From Gonapodya sp. JEL0774 (taxonomy: Eukaryota), in the NCBI GenBank assembly GCA_027604505.1, contig JADIIX010000166.1, positions 1 to 42,492 on the forward strand: 42,492 nucleotides of DNA, in the 5' to 3' direction. A program made the position numbers and the translations under genes. Shown one piece after another: positions 1-8,870 of this stretch. Each line of letters opens with the position of its first letter. The first letter of the stretch is position 1. The notes below the pieces were generated by a model, which was not told where the DNA came from, did not search any database, and saw nothing but the letters and a program-made list of their open reading frames with translations.

Positions 1-347
1 CCCGCGGGCCCCCGTGGGCGGCGGGGGGCGGCGGGGGGGGGGGGTCGGCGTGCCCGGGGGGGGGGGGGGGGGGGGGGTTGGTGGGGAGTGCGGGGGTGGT
101 GGGAGATGGAGATGGGAGATGGGAGTGGGAGAGAGAGGGCGGGGTGGGTGGTGGTGGAGGGAACAGAGAAATTGTTTCACGTTTTATGAACAGGAAGAGA
201 CCAGGAGTGAGTGATACAAAGAAATGAAGGCGGGGTGATGAGGTCGCAGTGCCCAAGGTCGCAGAGGCCACAGGGGGCGCATGGCCACAGCAGGGGGAGG
301 GGGGTTCAGGCTAGGTGGGGGCAGTGGGGGAGCGCGGGGAAAGCGAA

Positions 348-2957
348 ATGAGGGAGACAGCAGCGATGGAGTACGAGTCCGATCTGACGTCACCAGATGA
401 TGCACGGGCCAGACACACGCACACGTCATCGCTCCCCCTGCCCGTGCCCGCCTTCCCCGCCCTCCCCTTCTGCCTCCCCTGCGACCGACGCAGATTCTTC
501 TTCCCCCAACTCTCCCGCTCAAAGTCCCTCGCTGCCGCCCTCTGCATCGCTCTCGCTCTCCTCTTCTCCCTCTCGCACTCCCCCATTCAAAACTCAATTC
601 ATTCCATCTGCCCCACTCCACCCCACATCGACTCCCAATGCGACCAACCCAACTCAAACTCCTCCTCTCTCCCCTTCCCCTCCCACCCCTCCTCCTCCTC
701 CTCCTTCTCCCTCTCCCTCTCCCCTCTGCCCCCAAACACCTCCCCGATCGACTACGACATCCCTCAATCCGCACGCGACCTCCTCCTCTCTCCTTTCCCT
801 CCTGAAGACTTTGCAACTCTCGGCGACAGATTGCGCGCCTTTGTCCTCTACCACTCCAGATTGTTGGCGCTCGAGTCCCATTTGGCAAACCTGGCCGCTC
901 TCGCTGCCAGTCCAGGTGCCGACCCCAGGTGAGCGAAAAAACCAAGGCTACCGGAACGGGAACGGTGACGGGGAACCCGGCAATGCGGGAACGGGAATCC
1001 GTGTGGGCTCGTGTTTCTCTCTACTGGAACGGGAACGGGGAACCCGGGAATGCGGGAACGGGAATCCGTGTGGGCCCCTGTTTCTCTCTCCACCACTCAC
1101 CACTCCCACCCCTCTTGTACCCACCCTCCCTGCCCCCTTGCCCCTAGGACCCCCCCCACCCCCCCCACCCTCCTCACACACCTCGACACCTTCCGCACCT
1201 TCATGTCCCTCTTCGAGCACCACCTGTTCCCCTTCCTCCGCTCCACCTCCCTGTCCTCCCTGTCCTCCCACTTCTCCCGCACCCCGCAGTCCCGCGGCAT
1301 CGCCATATGCGCCGGAAACAAACAGACCCGCTGGGCCATGACCGCCATCCGCACCATCCGCGAGTCCGGGTCCCTTTTACCCGTCGAAGTGGTTCACGCC
1401 GGCCCCCAGGACATGGACGCAGACCACAGACGACGCATACTCGACATGGGAAACGGGTACGACGTGGTCGTCCGCGACCTCGCGGCCGTGCTCGATGTCC
1501 AATCCAGCGAGTTGAACGGCTGGGCGGTCAAACCCTACGCAGCACTGGTCAGCGGGTTCTCAGAGGTCCTGGTCATGGACGCAGACGTGGTGTGGATGGG
1601 GAAGCCAGACGAGGTGTTTGAGGAGGAGGCGTGGAAGAGTACAGGGGCGGTGTTTTATTACGATAGGGTGGGGCGGGTGGGCGTGTGGGGGCGGGGGGGG
1701 GGGGGGGGGGCGGCGGGGGCGCGGCGGGCGGGGGGGGGGGGGTAGCGGGTGGGGGAAAGGGTGTGTGTGTGAAGAGAATCGGTCGAAACGAACCTCGCAG
1801 GGGATCCGGGAGAAAGAGCCTGACCGAATGCTCATCCGACTCTCGAAAATCCCCCTCTTCAAACCCCCCACACACTCCCCCAGCGCACCCTCTTCCCCCC
1901 CACCGCCGCTGGCCTCAGCTTTGTCCTGTCCCTCCTCCCCCCCCACCACCGCACCTCTCTGACCCCCTTCCACCTCTCCAACACCTTCCTCACGGGCCGG
2001 TCGGCCCACCACATGGAATCCGGCGTGCTCGCCCTGTCCAAGTCCCGCCCCTCGGTGCTCTACTCGCTGCTCGCGACGTGCAAGATGAACGGCGCACAGG
2101 AGAGGAAAGAAGCCTACAAGCATGTCTGGGGGGATAAGGAGACATGGTGGATGGGATTCGAGGCGACGGGGTGGTCGGGGTGGTATGGATACACGAGGTG
2201 GCCCGCGGTCCAGGTGGGGAATTTGGCAAGGGGGGATATGGACGAGATGAAGGTGGTGATTAGGTGGGTTGGCAAGGACGGGGCTGGGTGGGTGGGGGTG
2301 TTGGGGTCGATTGGGGTGGGGAGAGAACATGGGGCATGGGGTGTTGGGGGGGCAGGTGGCCCCCGTGGATGGTGGGACCTCGTGTCCGGGTGATGCTCAT
2401 CTGCCGCGCTGGGGGACCACCCTGAAGTCCTGAAGTCGTGTTGGGCCTTGCTCACACCTTGTTTTCTCGTCTCCCAAACCCATTGCAGCGAAGACTTCAC
2501 CCCGGACCCCTCCAAATCCTCCAAACGCCCCCTCCTCCGCGTCTGCTCCATCCAACTCGGCCACCTCGACCCCAGCGGCACCCATCTGTTGTGGTTCAAC
2601 GGCGGCCCTTTACGCAACAAGTACCACTCCGACTCCCGGGTCGCCCGCCCGTCCCACTTGGCAGTTGAAACCGCCAGCACCGCGTGGGACCTCCGCGAGG
2701 AAAACGTGGCGTGCTTGCACCTCCCCGAGGGCACGCCGTGGGCCGTGGACGATGATGGCACGTGGTACAATACCAGCGCGGTGGAGAGGGTGGGCCAGAG
2801 TGCGGCGCTGGTCAGGGCGTTGAGTGAGGAGGAAAGGGGGTTCTTTGATAGGTTGGCGACCTGGTGGAGTGAGGTGATGGAGTTGGATAGGCCGAGTAAT
2901 TCGGTGCTGGGGGAGGAACACAAGAGTGGGGATGTGACGGAGGGGCATAAAGGGTAG
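348..2957 (+). CDS. Alpha-mannosyltransferase, GT71 (MNN1/MNN2-like), 4 exons (about 348-928, 1148-1667, 1884-2263, 2489-2957)
   Basis: The exons join in frame across GT..AG introns. There is an N-terminal TM segment (LAAALCIALALLFSL), then RGIAICAG, LPVEVVHAG, GWAVKPYAALVSGFSEVLVMDADVV (DxD), TGAVFYYDR, MESGVL and WGDKETWW motifs typical of GT71. The start could be 348 or 366. Confidence 0.85.
948..1087. repeat. Two-copy imperfect tandem repeat (73 and 67 bp units, GGGAAC-rich) inside intron 1 of the GT71 gene
   Basis: Unit 1 (948-1020) and unit 2 (1021-1087) both read CTACYGGAACGGGAACGG...GGGAACCCGG.AATGCGGGAACGGGAATCCGTGTGGGC...TGTTTCTCT. Confidence 0.9.
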
Positions 2958-3930
2958 AAGGAGGGACGAGGGAGAAGGCGAGGTTGTTGGGGTTGAGGGG
3001 GAGGGCGCATAGACGGATCTGGTCGTCGGACACGAAGTTGATTGGTGACGTGGGTGGTGTTTATTAGAGAGACGGACCGCCCTGGGGACTGAGCAAATCG
3101 TAACAATTGCGGACGTGGACGTGGACGTGAGTGTTTCGAGAGGCATTTTTCTCACTCATGGCAGTTCAATCATAAGGTTGCTTGTTTACCTCGGTCTAGA
3201 TCGTATTTTTAGATGAGTTACGATTTACGATTTTGTTGTGTGAATGTGAACGTGAATGGAACGTGCATCTTTTGCATGAGATCGTTCAAGTAGTGTGTCA
3301 TGTCCCGTTGATGGTGCTGGGTGCTCTCAGTTGAGGCACATCCGTTTGAAGTGTTCGAATTTCGAAATGTGGATGTACACCCCCGCCGCCCCGAACCGTC
3401 CCAACCCCACGGTCGCTGCTCTCCATTCTCATCTCTTGGTTGCGGTGCGGTCTAGAACTGCGACACGACACTGACCCCCTTCACTTCTCTCCTCGTACCA
3501 CCACTCTTGGTACCGTTGATATCTGGTGGGAAAAATTTCGAGTGCCGTCGGCCGCACCCGCATGGGACGACACAGTTTCTCCCCCGCCGGCTCACACCTC
3601 ACGGAATGCACAAGAGACCTTTTCAAAAGAGTAACATACTCGGGCAGTGTTATGCCACTCGTTGAAATTGTGCATGCAAAAGTTAGAGGCTCGTTCCTCA
3701 CGGGAGGGGCGGTGGCACCTTTTTTGTCAGAGTGCTCCGAGATGTACTCGCCCAACTTTGTATAGTATTTCACAGAGTAATACAGTCATTTGACATGTGC
3801 ATTTTCGTATCTTTCGGGATTCCTTATCCACCAAGCACACCACTTCCCAGACGACCCCGTGGTTTGCGCATGCGCTGTGACACCCCGACAACCAGGAGAA
3901 TACCGCTAGAGCACTCCGCCTCCTACGCTG

Positions 3931-4111
3931 GCCCTTGAAAGCACGTACCGTTTTTCTCATGCTTGTTTGGGAGCGTGGAAGCGATCAGGTTTCACAAACT
4001 GAGGACACTGATGTTGTTCTGATGAACAAACCAGTGTCCGTTGTTGTGCCCATAATAAATGGCCATCAGTTTCAAGGTCATGATGAGATTGTAAACAACA
4101 AACGCACATGA
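3931..4111 (+). pseudogene. Duplicated, 5'-truncated last exon of the ureidoglycolate lyase gene
   Basis: It matches 14720-14541 (FLMLVWERGSDQVSQ.EDTDVVLM.KPVSVVVPIINGHQFQGHDEIVNNK.T*). It lacks the splice acceptor and has a 1-nt insertion (GCCCTTGAAAGC vs GCCCTTGAAGC). Confidence 0.85.
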
Positions 4112-4353
4112 TTGTCCAAAATAGTATAGGTTAAGTCATCTAAACATTCGGGGAAGAGGGGTATTATCATTGTCGGAGTGGAAACGGAAGTGTGAGCACC
4201 GTTTCGACGTTGTCCTTTGTGGTGGGGACAGCGCTCCGGTTGGGATATGCATGCAAAAGCACACAACACAGTCTTTCTTTGTACGAAACGACCCCAAAAA
4301 AATTATTGGGGTGCGAGACAAAACAAAACAAAATATCACAAGTTCAAAATATA

Positions 4354-4379
4354 TGCCCCCTTCGTGGATCGAACACGAT

Positions 4380-4410
<31 letters not shown>

Positions 4411-4426
4411 GATGAGCTAAGGAGGC
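4354..4426 (-). tRNA. tRNA-Phe(GAA), intronless, copy 1
   Basis: Full 73-nt cloverleaf: acceptor GCCTCCT/AGGGGGC plus A73, D arm GCTC/GAGC, anticodon arm TCAGA-CTGAAGA-TCTGA, T arm TCGTG-TTCGATC-CACGA. T runs follow downstream. Confidence 0.95.
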
Positions 4427-5009
4427 TTCTTACAAAATTTGTATGACAAAGTGTAATATATCCTTGCTTATATATATATATTATTTAATGGTCCTCAGAT
4501 TCTTCTCTCATCGCCCAAGTTCGATGCCCCTCCAAATGAGAAACCAGGCGACTCCGTGAATACCATGTAGCCCTGGGGGAAAACACAGATGAAGTTGTAT
4601 GATGAAGGGGACACTTTCAGAGTCAGAGTCCAATACGAAACAATTTTTGCATTGGACTCCTTCTTGCAGCACTAATGTGATCTGCTCACACGTCTGGCTC
4701 TCCTTGCTCACATCACATTTGGTTAAACACTCACCAAGTGGCCAATGGGTTCATGCTCACCTGACCAAACAAAAATGTTGCCAGGAGAGAATCTAGCTGG
4801 GAGTGGAGGGAATGTTAGACAATGCTACATCAACATTTGATTGTCCAGATTATGATGATATCACACCAGACCACAGAAGAACAAACAGAAATGTCCTGAT
4901 TAGTGGGGTTAGCTCAACTTGTGCACGTTGATTTTCAGTGTCCCCTAATGCAATTCCCATTCTTGTTGTTCCAGTTGGCAGGACACAAGTGAGCGGGAGT
5001 GACAAGCCA

Positions 5010-5038
5010 TGACGCTCTCCCAGATGAGCTAAGGAGGC
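5010..5038 (-). pseudogene. tRNA-Phe 5' half (positions 1-29)
   Basis: The reverse complement, GCCTCCTTAGCTCATCTGGGAGAGCGTCA, is identical to nt 1-29 of the full tRNA. It joins directly to the start of repeat A and has a different upstream flank from the full copies. Confidence 0.9.
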
Positions 5039-5129
5039 CCTCTTCTTGGGGTCGTGAGACTCAACTAAATATATGAATAAAGCCCTATTCTATTATTTGT
5101 AGGGAAGTTTGGTCTCCCAGCACAAGATA

Positions 5130-5555
5130 CCAAAAATGTGAAATAAAGCCGTTGGTGGATGGCCTTACATTACGCGAATTTGAAGGGTGCAAATTGGAAC
5201 GATGGGTTCCCTGTTATTATGTTTGCATTTAATATCCAACATCACTCCACGTTAAATGATTCCCCATTTATTTTGCAACTGGGCTTAATGCTAAAATGCT
5301 GGTCAATGTTATTAGAGGGATGTCCACTAGATTGACTCACACTTCACGTGGATGGGGAGGGAAAGCCCCTACACAATGCACTGTTGTGGTCTGAAGCATT
5401 CAGCACTACCTGAAAGAATCAATGTTACCGATAATGCTTGTTAAGTGGCGTACAATGAGACACATGAGGATGTTGAATTTGAAATTCAGAGCATGACAAT
5501 TATCCACTACAAAGAACGCCAGCATCCAGGCAAAAGCTCCAAGATTTGCAGTTCC
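5130..5555 (+). mobile_element. Degenerate Ty3/gypsy LTR-retrotransposon integrase fragment
   Basis: From 5189 it reads ANWNDGFPVIMFAFNIQHHSTLNDSPFIL, matching the W..LP...FA.N...HS....SPF end of the integrase core. From 5448 it reads AYNETHEDVEFEIQSMTIIHYKERQHPGKSSKI, resembling the segment before GPY/F. It is broken by frameshifts and stops. Confidence 0.65.
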
Positions 5556-6707
5556 TTGCAGGAGAGGAAGGGAGAAAGTGGCTCAAGGAACTATGGATGC
5601 CAATGATGAGTGAGGGACTCGTATGCTTGCGTTTTGTGATGCTGCGATTTGTGCAATCTTGAGTGGTGTGATGCACTCCCAACCATGTATTAATGTTACA
5701 TACATTCAAGTTGTGACAACGTGTATTCAATCATGAGGTTGCTACTGGAAAGAGAAAGGGGGTACTGGGCACATTGGGTGACCACAGTTCGGAGATACAT
5801 GCAGTAGCCATATATTTATACTGTAAAATCTCAGTGAGACATCATACATTCATCCTACATCTAACAGTTCAGTGCAGTATGGGACATCACAGTGAAATGT
5901 CAAATTATCAATGGAAGTGCCTGATGAGAGATGAAGTACTTGAAGGACTGTGATTCTGTGGTGGACCTGAACTGAGAGATGAGGGGTGTGACGGAACGGG
6001 TCAATGTGTGAGGGTTTAGCCGCGCCGCGTAGATAGCAAATATATTCTACACCTCGAACACCATCATACACTCCCGCCCCTTCGATCCATCCCGTGCAGT
6101 CCTCCACAGGGGGATTGGGAGGGGCTGTTGTCAATCCAGGGGGTTGAGTGGTGGGGTTTGCAATACACTGTATCTATCTGTCCATCTGTCTACTGCATCT
6201 GGTCTCTCTCTTTTCCTACCTGGTGCCAGTTCACAACAATTCCTATTTTTCTGGTCTGGCTACCACAACGCAGATTAGATATGTCCTAGGAAACTAAGAG
6301 TGTCTCTCCTTCACAAAATAGAAACTAACATAAAAGCCTCCTTTTGATTAGGTATGAAACTCTCCAAGTTGATCCAAGTAGACCCTCCCAAAAAGGGAAT
6401 CTTTCCATACAATTTTGAATTTCTCGAAACCAATTTGTAAAATTTTGGCCTTCCTTCAATTCTTACACATGGTTCTACCTGCATACAGAGTATAGTCACC
6501 CTGCTGTACCAATTCCAATGAAGAACAGCAGATGCAAAAACACACCCATGACAAAATGGCATGTTTCTTCTTATGCAATCAAGACTAAGTAAGCAAATAT
6601 CTGGCATGAAACACAACTGAGCCATTGCTGTTCTGGCAATTGTGCGGATTTGGTGTTAGTGCTGTTATATAACTTGTGTGCATATGCATTTCTTACTTTC
6701 GCTGTGG

Positions 6708-7080
6708 CTACGACATGTGGCATACACACCACCTTGGTGCACAATACAGATACTCTCTGTGTTGATTTGCCCTGGTGGGCCATCCCTTCACAGTTGTTGG
6801 GAAGATGATTGGGAGGACAAGCTGTAACTGCTCTTCTATTCTCCTTCTTTGAAAATACGCAGCTGTCATTTTCTGGACTTCAAATCTCTTCTGATGATGG
6901 AATCTCAAATCAACGTCCATCCCCATACTCCACATGCTATGGGGAACAACTGAACAGATCCAGTTTTGTGAATGGAAGGAACAAATTAACTTGTGTGCCT
7001 ATTGTGCACTGTAGCAAACCACAAACAGAAGGAAGGCCCAGACTCTCAATTTCTATGAAGAACACAAATGAGTCTCAATC
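6708..7080 (-). mobile_element. Possible decayed transposase-like coding relic
   Basis: A long frame with one stop reads FVVCYSAQ*AHKLICSFHSQNWICS...MDVDLRFHHQKRFEVQKMTAAYFQRR, containing a CxxH, in CpG-depleted DNA. The family is not securely recognised. Confidence 0.2.
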
Positions 7081-7601
7081 TGTTGCATATGTGTAAACTA
7101 GATTAGCCATGGCACATAGACAAATGCAACATCTGTATTCTGACAGAATCTCTTTTGCCCCAAGTGGCAGCCCCCAGGGACATTACAGTGCACAGTGCAG
7201 AAAGGTACACATGTCCATCTATAAGTGAATGCCTCCTCTCTCTCCCTCCCTTCTGCCTTAGAGACCACAGCTCTCTTTAAGTTCTCTTAATTTGGATCCA
7301 GATTGAAGACCCTTGCTTCATGTAAAACCCCAGGTTTCTGGTGCCCACAGAGAAGTGAGGGAGTTTCTCACACAAATGGCAGTTTCAAAACATAACTATT
7401 CTTCTTATTCTTGGCTATGACATCAAATTATAATAGGAATGGAAATTATTTATGAAGAGACTTTGTGGTGTCAAGATTGCTTTTTGGAGTATTTTATCAT
7501 CATATGTAATCATGTCCATGGTCTTTCATCCAGTATATCGACTCATCATACCACCACATCTTGTCCCAAACTTAAAAAGTATCCAGAACCCATTCAAAAG
7601 C

Positions 7602-8055
7602 CTAACCCCACTAATCAGGACATTTCTGTTTGTTCTTCTGTGGTCTGGTGTGATATCATCATAATCTGGACAATCTGGATTCTCTCCTGGCAACATTTTC
7701 GTTTGGTCAGGTGAACATGAACCCATTGGCCACTTGGTGATTGTTTAGCCAAATCTGACGTGAGCAAGGAGAGCCGGACGTGTGAGCGGATCACATTAGT
7801 GCTGCAAGAAGGAGTCCAATGCAACAATTGTTTTGTATTGGACTCTGACTCTGAAAGTGTCCCCTTCATCATACAACTTCATCTGTGTTTTCCCCCAGGG
7901 CTACATGGTATTCACGGAGTCGCCTGGTTTCTCATTTGGAGGGGCATCGAACTTGGCGATGAGAGGAGAATCTGAGCACCATTAAATAATATCTATAAAC
8001 AACGATATATTACACTTTGTCAAACAAATTTTGTAAGAAGCCTCCTTAGCTCATC

Positions 8056-8086
<31 letters not shown>

Positions 8087-8238
8087 ATCGTGTTCGATCC
8101 ACGAAGGGGGCATATATTTTGACTCGTGATATTTGGTTTTGCTTTTTCTCGCACCCCAAATAATTTTTTTGGGGTCGTTTCGTACAGAGAAAGACAGTCT
8201 TGTGTGCATATCCCAACCGGGAGCACCGTCCCCACCAC
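7602..8238 (+). repeat. Copy B (partial, ~640 bp) of the tRNA-Phe segmental repeat
   Basis: It is a direct match to about 13781-14433 and an inverted match to 4219-4912. It lacks the 43-bp segment present in copy A. Confidence 0.95.
8040..8112 (+). tRNA. tRNA-Phe(GAA), intronless, copy 2
   Basis: Identical 73-nt sequence to the copies at 4354-4426 and 14224-14296, followed by TATATTTT and further T runs. Confidence 0.95.
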
Positions 8239-8274
8239 ATCTGAAGGTAACGTGTTCGATCCAAAAAGGGGGCA
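8239..8274 (+). pseudogene. tRNA-Phe 3' half (positions 38/39-73), 3 mismatches
   Basis: ATCTGAAGGTAACGTGTTCGATCCAAAAAGGGGGCA followed by AATATTTT, directly abutting the end of repeat B. Confidence 0.85.
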
Positions 8275-8870
8275 AATATTTTACCGACTGTCATATCGGA
8301 GCAGAACGTTTGGTTTCGAGCCGTCCCAGGAATCGATTATGGCAATAGTTAAAGTGTTGCCAGATGCCAAGACTGCATATTGACCCCGAGCCTCGTTGAT
8401 CCGAGTATGATGCAATCCCAGAAAGTTACCTGCTTTTCTTCCCCGCGGTTGAGCGCTCTGAAAATAAACTGAAGGGAGGACCGACGGCACTGCGCTCTGT
8501 TTCCGGTTCAAACAAATCCCGAGTGTCCACCTCGCGGTTCGTAACTTGCATCCTACGTGAAAACTGAGATTTGTATGATGCGGGTTTTCGTAATTCAATG
8601 ACGTAGTATCGTTATCTTTTGTTGTCTCCCTTATCACCACATCGGTCCTGATCGGGATTGTGGCCGCCTGGCGGAAGCAACCTAATCCCGCACAAGTGCG
8701 TCACTGTTACCCCCATCCCCTGACATAAGAACCGACTCAACAACACAAGAAACTCAACCACAGATTGATCTGTCTGCAGTTCAACAGGAGCGTTTCCCCC
8801 AATCTCGTACTCTCGTCGCCTTCATATCTCGTGTGCGGACCCAGTACTGAACAATCACCATTCAACAACA

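Larger units (their letters stand above)
3931..5009 (-). repeat. Copy A of the ~1.05-1.1 kb tRNA-Phe-containing segmental repeat (inverted relative to copies B and C)
   Basis: The reverse complement aligns by eye to 13681-14720 end to end with scattered substitutions. It has 43 extra bp at 4797-4839. Confidence 0.95.

Noticed and set aside
1..945. Gly/Arg/Pro-rich ORFs on both strands (e.g. 14..214, 184..945, 397..1341)
   Set aside because: These are translations of G/C low-complexity DNA and shadows of the GT71 gene, with no domain signal.
948..1087. Repeat considered as a CRISPR-like array
   Set aside because: There are only two contiguous units, no unique spacers and no cas genes, and the context is a eukaryotic intron.
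3429..3930. ORFs of 64-114 codons between the GT71 gene and repeat A
   Set aside because: No recognisable motif or consistent exon structure. A gene relic cannot be excluded but is unsupported.
4508..4796. Repeated small ORFs (MSKESQTCE..., MMKGTLSES...) in all three repeat copies
   Set aside because: Their recurrence follows from the DNA repeat. They are short, have no known motif and differ by an indel at the 3' end.
3138..7395. Short similarity between 3148-3175 and 7364-7395 (TTTCTCAC.C..ATGGCAGTT.CAA..CATAA)
   Set aside because: About 30 bp with several gaps, and no TSD or extension was seen. It is too weak to call an element terminus.
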